64,000 nucleotides of DNA. It comes from Squalus acanthias (taxonomy: Eukaryota). The stretch lies in the NCBI GenBank assembly GCA_030390025.1, contig CM059431.1, positions 143,284,001-143,348,000 on the forward strand. Reading direction: 5' to 3'. This document shows, in pieces, positions 1 through 13,609 of the stretch. The notes under the pieces were generated by a model, which did not search any database, was not told the DNA's origin, and saw nothing but the letters and a program-made list of their open reading frames with translations. Made by a program: the position numbers and the translations under genes. How positions within the stretch are numbered: the first letter of the stretch is position 1; each line of letters opens with the position of its first letter.

Positions 1-1700
1 GCATCAGTGAGCAGGTTATTGGTGAGTAAGTGTCGCTTGATAGCATTGTCAGCAAAACCTGTCATCATTTTCCTGATGATTGGGAATATGCTACTGGAGC
101 GGCAATTGGCCGGATTGCAGTTGTCCTGCATTTTGTGGACATGTGATGCCTGGGTTTGCGGCAGGTGATGCGAGAAACAATACGATGGCAAACCGACTCG
201 AACTCGTCCTGTCACAGATGCATCTGTCCATGACAGTATTGGTCGGAGTGAACAAAGCACAGTCCTTGTGGAGACGAAATCCCGTCTTCACTCTGAGGAC
301 ACACTCACTTTATCAGGTAGATGGCAGTGTTGTATCTGTACTGGAACAGCTTGGCTCGAGACGCAGCTACTTCTGGAATACGGGTCTTCAGCACGACAGC
401 CGGGGTGTTGTTGGGGCCCCGACACTTTACTGTATCCTGAGTGCTGAGCCATTTCTCGATATCACGTTGAGTGAATCGAATTGGCTGAAGACTGGCTGCT
501 GTGATGGTGGGGACCTCAGGAGGAGGATGGGATGAATCATTCACTCGGCACTTCTGGCTGAAGATGGTTGCAAACGCTTCAGCTTTGTCTATTGCACTCA
601 CGTGCTGGGCTCCATCAATGTTGAGGATTGGGATATTCATGAAGCCTGCTCCTCCCTTTAGTTGTTTAATTGTCCACCACCATTCATGACTGGATGAGGC
701 AGGACTGCAGAGTTTTTATTTGATCCATTGGTTATGGGATCGCATAGTTCTGTCTAGAGCAAGCTGCTCCCGCTGTGTAGTCCTGTGTGATACCTTCAAC
801 TGTTTGGCACCTCATTTTCAGTTACGCCTCGTGCTGCATCTGCACGCTCTTCTGCAATCCACATTGAAAAAGGGCTGATCGCCTGGCTGGAATGTAATGG
901 TAGAGTGAGGAATATGCCGGTCCATGAGGTTACATATTGTTGTGGAATGCAATTCTGCTGCTGCTAATGGCCCACTGCGCCTCATGGATGGCCAGTTTTG
1001 AACTGCTAGAACTATTCTGAATCTATCCCATTTAGCATGGTGGTAGTGACAAAAAATACGACGTAGAGTGTCCTCAGTGTTTAGACGGGATTTCGTCTCC
1101 ACATGAACTGTGCTTTGTTCACTCCTACCAATACTGCCATGGAAAGATGCATCTGCGACAGGTAGATTGGTTAGGACGAAATCGAGTAGGTTTTTTACCT
1201 CGTATTGGTTTTCGCACCACCTGCTGCAAACTCAGTCTGGCAGCTATCTCATTCAGGACTCGGCCAGCTCGGTCAGTACTAGTGCTAACGAGCCACTCTT
1301 GGTAATTGACATTAAAGTCCCCATGTTCAACATGAATGAGTATTTATTCATCAGCTGAAGCAAGTCGGTAGTTGCTGGTGAGCAGGAGATTTATTTGCCC
1401 ATGTTTGACCTGATGCCATGAGATTCATGGGGTCCAGAGACAATGTTGAGGATTACAAGTCCAGTCCCTCCCGACTGTATACCACTGTACCGCTATCTCT
1501 GCTGGGTTTGTCCTCGTGATGCGAGAGGCCATACTCAAGGATGGTGATGGAGCTGTTTGGGACTTTGGCTGAAAGCTATGATGCTCTGAGTATGAATATG
1601 TGAGGCTATTGCTTGTTTTGTCTGTTACACAGCTCTCCCAATTTTGATACAAGTCCCCAGATATTAGTGAAGAGGGATCTGCAGGTTCGCCTGTGCTCAT
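1..1700 (-). mobile_element. Degraded CR1-group LINE (EN-linker-RT), family 'DKAEAFATIFSQKCRV'
   Basis: Minus ORF 305-640 (DKAEAFATIFSQKCRV...GPNNTPAVVLKT) is a LINE pre-RT region. Endonuclease remnants lie at 818-1700. The same family recurs at 36165 and 52035. Confidence 0.85.
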
Positions 1701-1959
1701 TGTTCTTTTTTTGTGTCCGTATTATTACCTGGTAAGCAGAGGAAAGCTTCAGACGAGTTTGAGATATATTTTAATGTTAGGAAGCTCTAGTGGACAGTCT
1801 ACTCCATTCCAAAATAAAAAGGTTAATAATGGAGGTGAAGGCTTTTGCATTTATTACATTAGTGTTAAGCATCTCCTGGGTGAATGCAATGCGGAAATTT
1901 CTTGGGGAACATCGGAAGCTGGTAAGAGAAACCAGGCGATTATTCTTTGTTGTTTTTTT

Positions 1960-2325
1960 TATTCAGCAAGGCCGGCATTTATTGCCCATCCCTAATTGCC
2001 CTTGATAAGATGGTTGTGAGCTGGCTTCTAGAGCCACAGAAGGCAGTTAAGAGTCAACCACTTTGCTGTGGGTCTGGATTCAAATATAGACCAGACCAGG
2101 TAATTATGGCAGATTTCCTTCCCAAAAGGACATTAGTGAAACAGATTGGTTTTTATTACAATCCGGTAGTTTCAAGATATTAGCATTTAATTCCAGATTT
2201 ATTTAATTAATTTAATTTAAATTTCCCATCTGCCTGTGGTGGGATTCGAACTCACGATCCAGATCATTTATCTAGGACCTCTGAATAATTAGTCCCGTAA
2301 CATAACCACTATGCTACCGTACCCG
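1960..2325 (-). mobile_element. tRNA-derived SINE with LINE-derived 3' tail
   Basis: The minus strand starts gtacggtagcatagtggttatg...gagttcgaatccc (A/B-box-like). It ends ggcaattagggatgggcaataaatgccggcc, similar to the LINE tail at ~53150-53180. Confidence 0.7.
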
Positions 2326-4691
2326 TACTCGGATATTGGAATATGTCTTTAAAATAATTATTTTATTTCTGATGGACAGCATGGCCATTCACAGAGAGCG
2401 GCAGTTCCCTGCTTGTCTGACGCGCCGTTCTGTCGTGTATTTTACTGGACGGAACAGGAGAAGTGGGCGGGGTTATGCTGCGTTACAGAGTTGGTATTCA
2501 CACGGAATGACACACACTGAGACTGCAACCTGAGACTTTCATTCCACCCGTGAGAGATACCAAACCTGAACTGGTGAATTCTGGGAATCAGCTACTTGAC
2601 AAAGCATTTTGAAAATGCAGCGGAACATAACAACCTGCTCCAGAGAGAGAGAAGCAAGGTTCGCGGTGAAACTGCCGGAGGCATTTCTCACAGGCACTTG
2701 CTGATGTTCTGCGAATGTTTCGTCTCTGTTCTAGTATAATGTCAATTTTAAGGAATGTATTACCTTTAGTAATGTACTATCATGTTTGTATATAGCGATG
2801 GATGCGCTTCATTTGATCCACTAACCTTAAATAAAAACACTGATATGCTTTTCCGATTCATTAAACTTTCTCTTATAGGAAGTAGAAACTCTTTCTCACT
2901 TACTTCACTGTTAATGGTTATTGCAGGAATAGGCCTCGAGGAAGGCTCACTTCAATTTGTGTCTTTCTATTCAGTCCGAGCTCTTCACTGTGAACCCACA
3001 TCTCCCAAATTTACTTAAAGATCCCAGATGTGCTTCCCACAATCAGTTTTTCCCCTTCCTTATAGGAACATTTGCTAAACTTACACCCTGCTATGCAACT
3101 CGCTACGAACAATGACACTGTTGTTATTAATGTAAATTGTTACATCTAAATTAAACAGAGTCAAAAAGTCACGATGGTAGCTTAAAGTAAGTCTGAAGAT
3201 AAAACACGATACATTAAATTAAAACAAAAGACAATAAAGTAAAATAAATTCTAGTGTGTATTATGGAGCTTTAGATATTACTGCACAGGGATGTTGCTCG
3301 GAACAGACTTAATTTCCGATTTGCATTGACATTTGTTCCAATTCTCGTGTTCTTTGCTTGAAAAGTTGTAGAGTGAATTGATATTGTGTGGCTGACGGGC
3401 TTGCAGTTGGGTATTAACCCCATAACTTGGTTGTGCGGCAGAATTCCGGGACTGGGGTTCCTGAGAAAGCCGAAGCATTCTGACACAGACATTGTTCGGC
3501 AGCATCATTTCCTGTTCTAAGACAATCAGACCGCGGTCTCACTTCCTGGGGCCCATCGTGAAGGGCGCCGCAGTCTGGAGTTGGTGATTCCCGATGACGC
3601 AGGCGCGTTTCAAAAGTGGATCTGGTTCGTCACACTTCAGGCACTAACAGCCAATGGGTGCAGCGCTCAGCCGATTCTGTGACGTGTTACCAGTTATATT
3701 CAAGAGCTCCTGCATCTTTCACTCTTTGCACTTTGTTTGCTCAGCAGTTTTATTTTATTTTTGAAGCTCATGGATAACAAATAAATCGCTAATATTTATG
3801 TGTCCTGTTTAATTATCTTTAGCGGTCACTGGACTTGTGGACATCATCGCTCTGCTTTGATTTGCACCTTTTATTATAACGCAAAATGTATTTAAAATCC
3901 GGCCGAGGTAAAGATCTGCTTAGATCTGTGTGGAACAAGAGGCAGATTCCGATATTAAGGATGGCCGTCAGACTCAGGATGGAGCTCTGTAATCATCCAC
4001 TAACAGTCTACAACCACAGAACTCTCTGCACTGTGATACAAACACATCCAACGCGATCATCGTGTTCCGTCTGGCAAATATACGATGAAGAACTTCGCGT
4101 GAGTTGCACCCGGACTATTGAAGTGTAATTCATGGTTTTCTCTTACCTGAATATGTAATATGCTTACAGCAAACTGATCAATATATTACTTTGGCTGAAA
4201 CAATTATGAACGAGTAGATTTCAGCTACAGAACTAAACATTACCGGAAATCTAAAGACTGTCACTGTCCAACTGACTCTGACATCACAGACGCATCGAGC
4301 AATTGGTGTCTGCTTCACCAGTATCGGTATTATATTCACAAGGAATTGTGAAAGAAGACACCCATTCCATAGGTACTGAACATTTCTCCGCTCTAGTTAA
4401 TTCTGCCGATTAAGCCATAGGTTCATGTGAACATTCCAACTTCAGTGTGGTGGAAACTGGCGGAATTTACACACCGCCCAATTGTCTATATCATTATAGT
4501 TAATGGAAAATGCAATTCGGCGGGGTGTATGACTGACGCCCAGGCCGGAATTGAAAGTGACCTTCGTTTCAGAATAGTCAGATTCCATTAACCCCAAATG
4601 GATCGATAACTAACTTTACAACTTCAGTTTCAAACAGCTTAAATTGGGGTCGCTGAAATGCTCCTTACAACTAGTTCTGGAGGATTGGCTG

Positions 4692-5430
4692 TGTAAGATT
4701 TGGATCACAGGTCACATACAGATTACCCAAAGGTTTTTAGGAGTTTGTAAGTCTTTTTATTAAAGAGCTACAGTTTAAAGCATAATCAGATATTACATGT
4801 GGTTAAGATAAGTATAATAGACATACAACCCGTGACTGAGGAGTGCGATCTACGGCCCTGAAATGGAACGAAACAACCGGACAGACGGTGAGGCAGTACG
4901 GTGGTCTCGGATTGGGTGGATTCCTTCAATCTGCTGCAGCGGTCACTTCCGTTGGGTCGTCCCTCGAGCTGTTGAAGGTGTTAGGCCGTAGCCACCTCGG
5001 GGAAGCCTTCACCCCGAACTGCCTGAGTTCCTCTCTCGGTCGTCTATATTTATAGTTATTTCAGCGGGCTGGTGATTAACTGGTGTCAATCATTTTCCAC
5101 CATCCTATTGTCCAATAACAAGGGAGAGGCCTCCTATGACAGACCCCTCCCAGCCTCATTAGTTCATTTTCCTCCTTATCTCTTTTCTAAAGGTCTTGTT
5201 GCCCTCTTGTAGACAGCTTATTTATCCTACAGCTCCTTGCGGCATTCCCTAACAGGCCTAGTTATGCCCACTCGAAGGCCTGTTTTTGTGATCTGACCTC
5301 GTAATTCAACTCTCTGTACAGCTATTTTTCGGACATGACTGGAATCCTTCTACTTCATCAACTTAGGCAAACTACTGATATAGGGATCCCGTAACAGACT
5401 ATTATTTATTTCAATCCACGATTCCTTACA
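4692..5430 (-). repeat. 3' LTR of element 1
   Basis: Direct repeat of 8824-9602. Minus-strand AATAAA (~4756) and TATAAA (~5049). Adjacent PPT ggtggggaga at 5431-5440. Confidence 0.95.
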
Positions 5431-5779
5431 TCTCCCCACCTTGAGAAGGAAATATTCTTATTGACTTCTTATATTCGACTCTTGAATAATCTAGCTAGTT
5501 TTTATTGATCTCTGTATTGGGCGTTAGTTAATAGGGACTCTCGAAAATGAAGATTTTCCCCTTCCTTACAGTCCATTGTTTTGAGTGGGAGGGCAACATC
5601 TGACCCCTTACTCAAATTCAATTCCCAGTTCCGGAGTTCCAATTCTGCCTCGCCTGGGGTATCCTCTGTTTCTTCTAGCTTTCCTGATCATACCCCGACT
5701 GGGGTCTCCTCTATGTTGCTTCAGATCTTCTCTTTCAGTTTGCTCAATTATTTTTTTGGTGCTGTTTAGTCATAGGCAT

Positions 5780-6300
5780 GAGTACACAATTGACTTATAT
5801 ATCAATGTCTTACTACACAGGTTATATATATCAAATACACTATCATTACAAGTTGGAGAACTATCAGAGCGTGTGAAATAATACGAACCTAAGGGTGTGC
5901 TGATGTATTAAGTCCAATATCCCACCAGTGTGAGTTGTCCGTTATTCTATCAATTTCAATATCTATTCTCTAGTTGTCTTACTCCAAAACATAAAAATGC
6001 TTCAGGGAGGAGTTCAGTCGCATCACGAGCTCACTGAACCCCTCAGACAACAGGAAAATGTATTACCCGAATTGTGCCACATAATTGTGCAGCTCATACT
6101 TAAGTATCTCATTTACTGTCAGTTTCAATTGAGCATAGGTTTTGATATTGTGGAAAACGTTTTATTTGATGGGACAGGTCCTGTTAGATCCGTAAAGTAT
6201 GGTAGTTGCCGTAGTAGTGACACTGGGGGCACCACCAAAACCACCTCATACTGGATTTGTACTGGTTTTTCCCACACTCTGTTAGCTACAAAGCACAATT
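5780..6300 (-). pseudogene. Envelope (TM subunit) remnant of element 1
   Basis: Manual translation gives LTVNEILKYELHNYVAQFG*YIFLLSEGFSELVMRLNSSLKHFYVLE*DN*RIDIEIDRITDNSHWWDIGLNTSAHP*VRIISHALIVLQLVMIVYLIY. It aligns colinearly with ORF 20824-21306. Confidence 0.85.
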
Positions 6301-8804
6301 ATTACAGTCACAGTTAAATTCAGTCTTACATTCATTTTAAGCGACATTACAGTTTAAAACCTAATCAAGAAATCATGGGCTTAAATAATTTTCTAGATCT
6401 CTCTTACTCGTATCCATCTTGTGGATAATTCTTACTAAACATGATTTCTCCTTAACCCAATTGTCCCAATCCAAATTCCATGTAACTCTCCACTTCAATT
6501 TCAATTACAATCCCTCTATAAGGTACCAGTGTGTTTAACTGTATTCTGATTGTTTCATTAATTAGATATTTTCTCCATGGAGTACATGTCAATGTTTTAA
6601 AAGTTGCCTCACTCTCCTGAGCCACGTAAACGATTTCATGTCTTGCTGTTGAGCATGTCTGAGACCCGTTTTTCAGTGCAAATTAACCACGCTTTTCCAG
6701 ATGGTAACTGCTTCATCCGTAAAAAATCACATTTACACACTCAAATCGGTAGTCCATATTCTGCCACACGTGCCATCCGATACAAGCCATTCCCCGGCTT
6801 TCAGGTATCAATGGATTGTAATCGTCTGGAGATCTTTGCTCATCTTCCTGTGCATGGTCCCGATGTCTTGGGTAATGTCCGCACTATCACATTCAGTTTT
6901 ATTAAAAGGTTCATTATAGGCAGGGACTCAAATGTCTCAAAGAGAATGCTATCAATTTACTAATTGTAGGTACACTTTCCTGAGTTTAACTACAAAGTTT
7001 GGAAAATTCCCATTTGGTAGTGTAATTTTCCTGCATCTATCTTACACCCTCAATCACTTCCTCTCTCCATTTTACACATCCCATGAATTGCTATCCATAG
7101 CTCATTCGTGAGCTCTGCATGAACTTTACTGACCAGTACAATATTTAAGATAGAAAACATAGATCAAGCGTTCTCACTTGGTCCAAGCTATTAACACTTT
7201 TTATTTTCTCAAAATTATCCCAATATATAGTGCCTGAGTCCATTTTGTTATTTCAAAATTATCCTGAATCCAAACAGCAGTATTGTTGAACTGACAGGTT
7301 TTGTCAATGTTCAATTTCATTTCTATCAATTTATCTTGTCAATTCCAATTTCAGAAACAAGTGATTCCCAGGCTAGGTGGTTTACACCGTGTTTTAACAT
7401 TAGAGACAGAGGTGCTTCAATTAGGTTACAAGGTAACTTCCATATAACAAAAGAGAGAAGAGAATCCATTGTGGCTGTGCTTAAGACCCCAATGGGTTAA
7501 TTTAACAAACCATAATTTTCCTTCTGTCACTGTGGGGAAATATTAATATAAAATTAATAAAATTTAATTTACTAATTATCAATATCTTTAAATTTCATTC
7601 AACAATACGAAATATGTTGCTTTTTTAAGTAAAACAGCTGTCAGAGGAAAGGTTTAACTCATTTGCAGGTTTTTAAGAAGGTGCAGCAAAACATTATTAG
7701 GCACACGCAACTGCGTCATTTCACGTAAATTTGAAAAACTTTCCCGATCGAAAAAGACAGTTGTGTTTTCACAATTTAATAGTTTAGTTACCCTTAATGA
7801 TTCCAATTTAGTTCAGATCAATATTTTATTAACTAAACAGGAACAAAACAGATAAAACAGTAAAGTACGTCATATTTCTTATTGTCCTTTCTTCTGATGC
7901 CTTTCCTACTGACTGTAAAAAACATTAAATACAACTGGAAGAAAAAATAGTTTTTATCATTTAAACAAATCAAATCAAACAGCTTTGGAAAATTTCAACA
8001 TAGCTACCGCAAACCCAAGGTTAAATCTTAGACTGAAACTTAATCTTTTGTTAAACAAACTTTTTATTTTTCTCAGCTTTTCCACACCAGCTTAAATTAA
8101 ATTGCAGTTTAAAGTTTTTTTGCCAATTCTGGGGTCACAATCTTATTCGCAAATTCTTAAAACTTCCAAAATCCAAGACAAGACAAAAGGGTTAAACGGC
8201 TTTTAACACAGAAGTGGGTGGAGTTAAACAGACACTTTTTATTTTAAAGACAGACTTTCAGAGAAAAGGAATATTGTAACTTATTAAACATTCATAGTCA
8301 GGAAAACTTCCACATTTTAACACACACTTTCACACAAACTGAAATTTCAGCATTTTTTCAGTTTCCTTTCACTCAGCAAATCTTGTGTTTTATTTGTATC
8401 GCACAGACGTTAATAACTTCTTTGTCGGTAAAACATTCAGTTTCACTTTTTTTCTCCCATTTTTAATCGGTTTCTCAGCAGCTTTTACTGGCTTTCCAAA
8501 TCCCTTTTTTTACCCCTTTCTTTGCTGTGTTTTCAGATTGGTGAGACTGCAATTCAGATTTATTTTCCTTTTCTACCTCAACCCCTCTCTCTCCTGCAAT
8601 TTAAGCTTCACCTCCTTCAGGCTATCTATCAACTGTTCCCGGTGATATGCCAACGCCATTGTATTTCTGTTTCTTCTTTAAAACACACTCTTTCCCGCCC
8701 CCATCTTTTAGAGAGAAAAATACTCAGTCTAAGCAACGATCACGTGCGTTTGACCAATACCCTCCAGTCCCCTCAACCGGAACCTTACAACTCCCAAATC
8801 TGTG

Positions 8805-8822
8805 ATCCCACTTCTGAAACCA
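8805..8822 (-). promoter_or_regulatory. Primer-binding site, tRNA-Leu
   Basis: Minus strand TGGTTTCAGAAGTGGGAT directly inside the 5' LTR. It has one mismatch to the tRNA-Leu complement TGGTGTCAGAAGTGGGAT. Confidence 0.85.
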
Positions 8823-8823
8823 C

Positions 8824-9602
8824 TGTAAAATTTGGATCACAGGTCACACACGCAGATTACCCAAAGGCGCTTAAGAGTTTGTCAGGCTTTTTATTAAAGC
8901 GCTACAGTTTAAAGCATAATCAAATATTACATGTGGTTAAGATAAGTATATTAGACATACAACCCATTTCAGAGGAGGATGATCTACGGCCCTGGAATGG
9001 AACGAAACAACCGGACGGACGGTGAGACTGTACGGTGGTCTCGGATTGGGTGGATTCCTGCAGTCTGCTGCAGTGGTCACTTCCGTTGGTTCATCCCTCG
9101 AGCTTTTGGAGGTGTTAGCCTGTCAGCCACATCAGAGGCTAAACTTGACAAAGGTGTTAGGCCGTAGCCACCTCGGGAAAGCCTTCGCCCATAACTGCCT
9201 GAATTCTTCTCTCGATCGTCTACATTTATAGTTATTTCGGCGGGCTGGTGATTACTGCTGACAATCATTTTCCCCATCCTATGGTCCAATTACAAGGGAG
9301 AGGCTACCTATGACAGCCCCCTCCCAGCCTTATGATGTAATTTCCCTCCTTATCTCTGTTCTAAAGTTCCTGTTGCCCTCTTGTAGACAGCTTGTTTATC
9401 CTACAGCTCCTTGCTGAATCCCTTAACAGTCCTAGTTGTACTCACTCGAAGGCCTGTTTTGTGTTTTGACCTCGTAATTGAACTCACTGTACAGCTATTT
9501 TTCTGACATGAAAGGAATCTTTCTGTGTCCTCAATTTAGGCAAACTGCTGATCTGGGGAACCGGTACAGAATGTTATTTCTTTCAATCCACGATTTCTTA
9601 CA
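8824..9602 (-). repeat. 5' LTR of element 1
   Basis: Repeat of 4692-5430 with scattered substitutions and an extra ~40-bp segment (~9110-9150) bounded by aggtgttag direct repeats. Confidence 0.95.
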
Positions 9603-9764
9603 GCTGGAAATAAAGAACTTGTGTTAAAATTACCAATGGCAGGAGAGGCCAAACTGGCGGCGTCGCATTCTCCCCTATTATACGCTGCTCTGGAACTGAA
9701 TGTTGTGAGGAGCATATACTGATATTGCTGTGATATTGCCTTACTGCCCAAGACGAATTTCTAC

Positions 9765-10185
9765 CCATTGCATTTATATTACGCCGTTCAAGGCCTCAGG
9801 ACGTCCTAATGCGCCTCACAGCTAAAAAGTTATTTTAAGGTGTAGTCACTGCAGTAATGTCAGGAAATGCTTAAGACAATTTGCGCAGAGCAAGGTCCCA
9901 CAAACAGTAATAAGACAAATGAGCAGATAGGACACAATTGGGCATGGGCGGAGGACACGAAGCGATCGGTATCATTTCGAGCGCCTGTTATACGCTTGGC
10001 CCGATATTCAGTTCCATTGATTTCATTGGAACTGAATATGGGGCCTGTCGTAAATAGGTCAGCAAATGTGAGTAGTCTGGTTTGCGACGCCTTGCGTGTC
10101 GAATTGCACCCCCAATGATCTGTTGTAATTATGTTTGTTCAGGAATAAATATTGACCAGGACACCGGAAGATTCGCGATACCATG
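9765..10185 (-). mobile_element. Partial Deu-domain SINE interrupted by a ~175-bp MITE-like insert (~9930-10113)
   Basis: ttgcatttatat...gacgtcc...aatttgcgcag matches the copy at 14160. The SINE resumes after gaattgcacccc. Confidence 0.55.
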
Positions 10186-11738
10186 CAAGGCCGACTCGTG
10201 TAACAATTAGGAACACTTTAGCAAACCCGGAGCTCAGTTAATGTTTTACTTGTGGAGCCGAGCCCATCAGAGACAGGCAAGGGTCGAGCTCTAACCTGAA
10301 CTACCACCGACCATCCCCTTCTCTTGTGTTCCGGTCCAGAAATTCCGGCCCCGGAAATCAACGCCATCAGGAGAACTACAAACACCCGGTAGATGATAGA
10401 CACCGCAAAAAAAAATACAAACCGGAAGTCCAAAATAAAACACATTCAAGCCAATGATTTATTAATGAAATTTCAACTAACAGTGTACCCAATATATGCG
10501 GTGCCCATCAATCACAGCAGGCGTGTAAAGATCGAGTGGAAACTGCGCTGGCTGTATTCTATGTGTAACCGGGTATATTGAAGATTAAACCACTGGCAGC
10601 AGTCCGCGACATCTCCTCTGCTGATCTTACACATCCTGCAGTGTGAACGGTGGATTTCACCAATCCCAGGGGCATTCCGTCCTCCACATCTTCCAATCAC
10701 TAACCCAAACACCACTGCTTATATTGGAAAACAGCTTCAACTGAGGCACAACTGGAGGGTGGAAAAAATGTTAGTTAATTGGCCCAAGTTTTCATTTGAT
10801 GTCTTTTCACCGAGCAACGCTCTCAAACCCAGGTCCCCAGTGGGGGCGGGCGGAACTCCCAATACACTGCCTTGCACTGGTGATACTTGGTCAACACCAG
10901 TTGGTAAACGGCAGGGGGTATTACATATTATTGCCTGTGTGCAAACACAGGCAGAGGATTGTTTCAACTCAATACCTGGCTATTTCATTGTACAGATCGT
11001 TGAGATAACTTCCCCCATTATTTAGGATATTATGAATTCTTACACAGCTTAACCAGTGTGACCAGGTCGCTAATTCAGATTAAATGTATTCAGCGTCCCC
11101 ATGACAAAATTAGTAAATGCAAATAACAACATTATTTTAAAGTAGGTGAGCAGCCTTCAACTATTTCTCATTAATCGTAACGCCAGAAAAAAGCAGGTAA
11201 AATGACGCAACGTCAATTAGCAATCAAAAAATAGTGAAAAATCGCGACACTGGGAACGAGACAGTGGCATATTATTCCCAGGAGACGGGATGAGGCGGTC
11301 GGTGCAACTGCACTCAGTCCAAGCAACATTTTCAGCAAACCTGCTAGAGCAAGTAAAGTCACCAGGACTTCTAAACGACCGAAAGTTATCCTAAATTTGG
11401 CGAATTTTCCTGTTAGTTACTCGGTAGAATTAAATTACAGTCCTCTCTCTGTCAGATATTAAACACTTTGAGTAAATATTCCAACCCATTATTAAACTTC
11501 ATTCATCACTGACACGTTTCATACTAAAGGCGGAATGTCCTTATTTGTCAGGAGTCAACAGTTAACGAACTGTGGAAACCCAGTGTCAATGTTGGGTTAA
11601 ATTCCACAAGGGGCACAAATATAGTTGCGTACCTGTGAGATTTTACAAGATCCATCTTCATGTAGTTGTAAGGAGTGAAACCCCAGTCTAAGCTGCAATA
11701 ATAAGCGAAAATTGAATTCTAATGTTCCGAAGTCAGCT

Positions 11739-12658
11739 CTAGTTAGTATTTATTTCATTTTTAACCAATCTTAGAATCAGTGTCCAGGGAGATTTCAGCA
11801 CCTTCTTCAGCTCTTCTCTGAATTTCCTCTGGGTCACTGCATAAATAGACGGATTCAGACAGGGACTCAAAAGCTTCAGCATTGCTCCGGTTTCAGTGGC
11901 GATATAGGCTGGGTTTGTGCGGTCGCCTCGGTAATAATTGGGGTTTGCCAGTCCGGTAGTTACTAAACTAACGACAACTGTCAGCCACAATAATATAAAA
12001 CTGCCCGATATAGTGAAGAGTAAAATGATGGATTTCCTTCGGTTCTCCATCTCGGGATCACACTGATTCTCACTCTTGTTACCCCGGAGTCCCCTGCGGG
12101 CTCTACTGGCCACTAAAATACGTCTGATTGTCAAAGAATTACACAAGGCGATTAAAGTAAATGGAAGCCAAAATACCCAGACTGTGTGAAACCAGAAGTA
12201 CGCTGCACCTGGAGGTGAGGTAAAGAAGGCCACACTTGACCGGCAGCTCCACTGCACCTTGTTAATCAATTGCTGAGATTCATATGCAAATATAAAGGGT
12301 ATGTTCTTTAACAAGATCAGAACAGAGAACGCTGTTATAACCGCGGCCGCAGTTCTCTCGGTGCAATACTTTACTTTAAACTTCTGGCAACAGATAACTA
12401 CAAATCGGTCAAATGTGAAGGTGACGGTGAACCAAACTGACAACTCGAGGGTGACAGCCGTGATGTATAGAATGAACTTACACACGGGAGTCTGCGACAG
12501 GAATGAAAGTGGAAAGTGATAACTGAAAATATAATACACCATTACATTGAAGATCATGACCAGTAGGTCTGATGTTGCCATGGCCACCATGTAGACAGAG
12601 ATACACTTGGAAAGGCCGCAGTTTCCTCGGGAGAGAATCACAATTGTCACCAAGTTCG
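11739..12658 (-). CDS. Rhodopsin-class GPCR, GPR139/GPR142-like, exon 2
   Basis: Uninterrupted hydrophobic ORF with YMVAMATSDLL (TM2), FTFDRF (DRY variant), ENRRKSIILL and CLNPSIY (NPxxY). Acceptor tctttcttacag at 12659-12670; phase 1 joins exon 1. Confidence 0.92.
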
Positions 12659-13104
12659 CTGTAAGAAAGAGAGAGAGGAGAGAAATAATGTTCCAGTGTC
12701 TGATTGAAATTTATATGGAGATCCCTGTGGAGAGCATTTTACTCCATTCAGTGTGATTATCCACACGGAGCAGTGTGAGAACAGGATTAGTATTGGAGCC
12801 ATTACCTGGGAAACCCACCCACACATTTTAATGAGCTGTTGCAGCGCTCACTCTGCACGGGGTGACAAGACTGTCCGGAAAACCGCTAAAATCCTTGTAT
12901 TGGAGCTTTAAAGAACATTGTAACATCAGTAACATCATCAGATAAAGGGGGACACGGAAGTGCGGACAGGCGGTTCACTAGTAGATCCAATTACTGCTGA
13001 CTGTGTAATGCTGACACCGGAGAACGCGTTACCTTATCCATCAGGCACAAATAACAAAGAGACAATTAACACCGATTATCAACAAACAGGTTAAAATGGC
13101 TCAC

Positions 13105-13174
13105 CGGGGACACCGACGGCTGCGAGAATCGGGAAGTAAATATCTTTTATCAGCAAAATAGTTGGTCGCCCCAT
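13105..13174 (-). CDS. GPR139-like GPCR exon 1 (MGRPTILLIKDIYFPILAAVGVP)
   Basis: ATG at 13174, donor G|gtgag at 13104. Splicing gives ...VGVP-ANLVTIVIL (TM1 Asn) and 329 aa total. TATA-like taaatata ~80 bp upstream. Confidence 0.9.
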
Positions 13175-13609
13175 ATCCTGAAAATGGATGAATTCTGTTG
13201 GAGCTAAAGGACTCTGACTGGCGCACGGCTGAGGCGATAGAAGTGAACCTATATTTATCCACACATCAATCCTCCAGCGAGTCAATCAGGTTAAGTCATA
13301 ATTAGCATTAGTTACAGTCATTTAACAAATAGACTCAGTTATGTTTTCTTTTGTCTCATACGTCAGATTAAGAGAAATGTTGGACATTTTTATTAGAAAT
13401 TTTCAAAAAACATTCTATGCAAGTAGAAAGTGTAATCTCGCAGTACTGGTGCTGACCCTATTCCCACTGGAGTAGTGAAGGAAGCTCCCCATCCACTTCA
13501 CACCCTGACCTTGTGCTTGACTCAGTCCCAGTGCTCCAACTCCTCCAGAACAGGCGGTGAACCAAATCTTGTAATGTTAGTGATGACCCCAGCCTTGCGG
13601 TATTTAAAG

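Larger units (their letters stand above)
4692..9602 (-). mobile_element. ERV-like LTR element 1, non-autonomous (no pol), with decayed env
   Basis: Paired LTRs at 4692-5430 and 8824-9602 (TGTAA...TTACA), a 4-bp TSD GCTG (4688-4691 / 9603-9606), PBS and PPT are all visible. Confidence 0.95.

Noticed and set aside
8385..9289. ORFs across the 5' LTR and leader of element 1
   Set aside because: They lie antisense to the element or within the LTR and show no coding signature.
10450..11030. Short ORFs downstream of the GPCR
   Set aside because: No recognisable domain or convincing splice structure.
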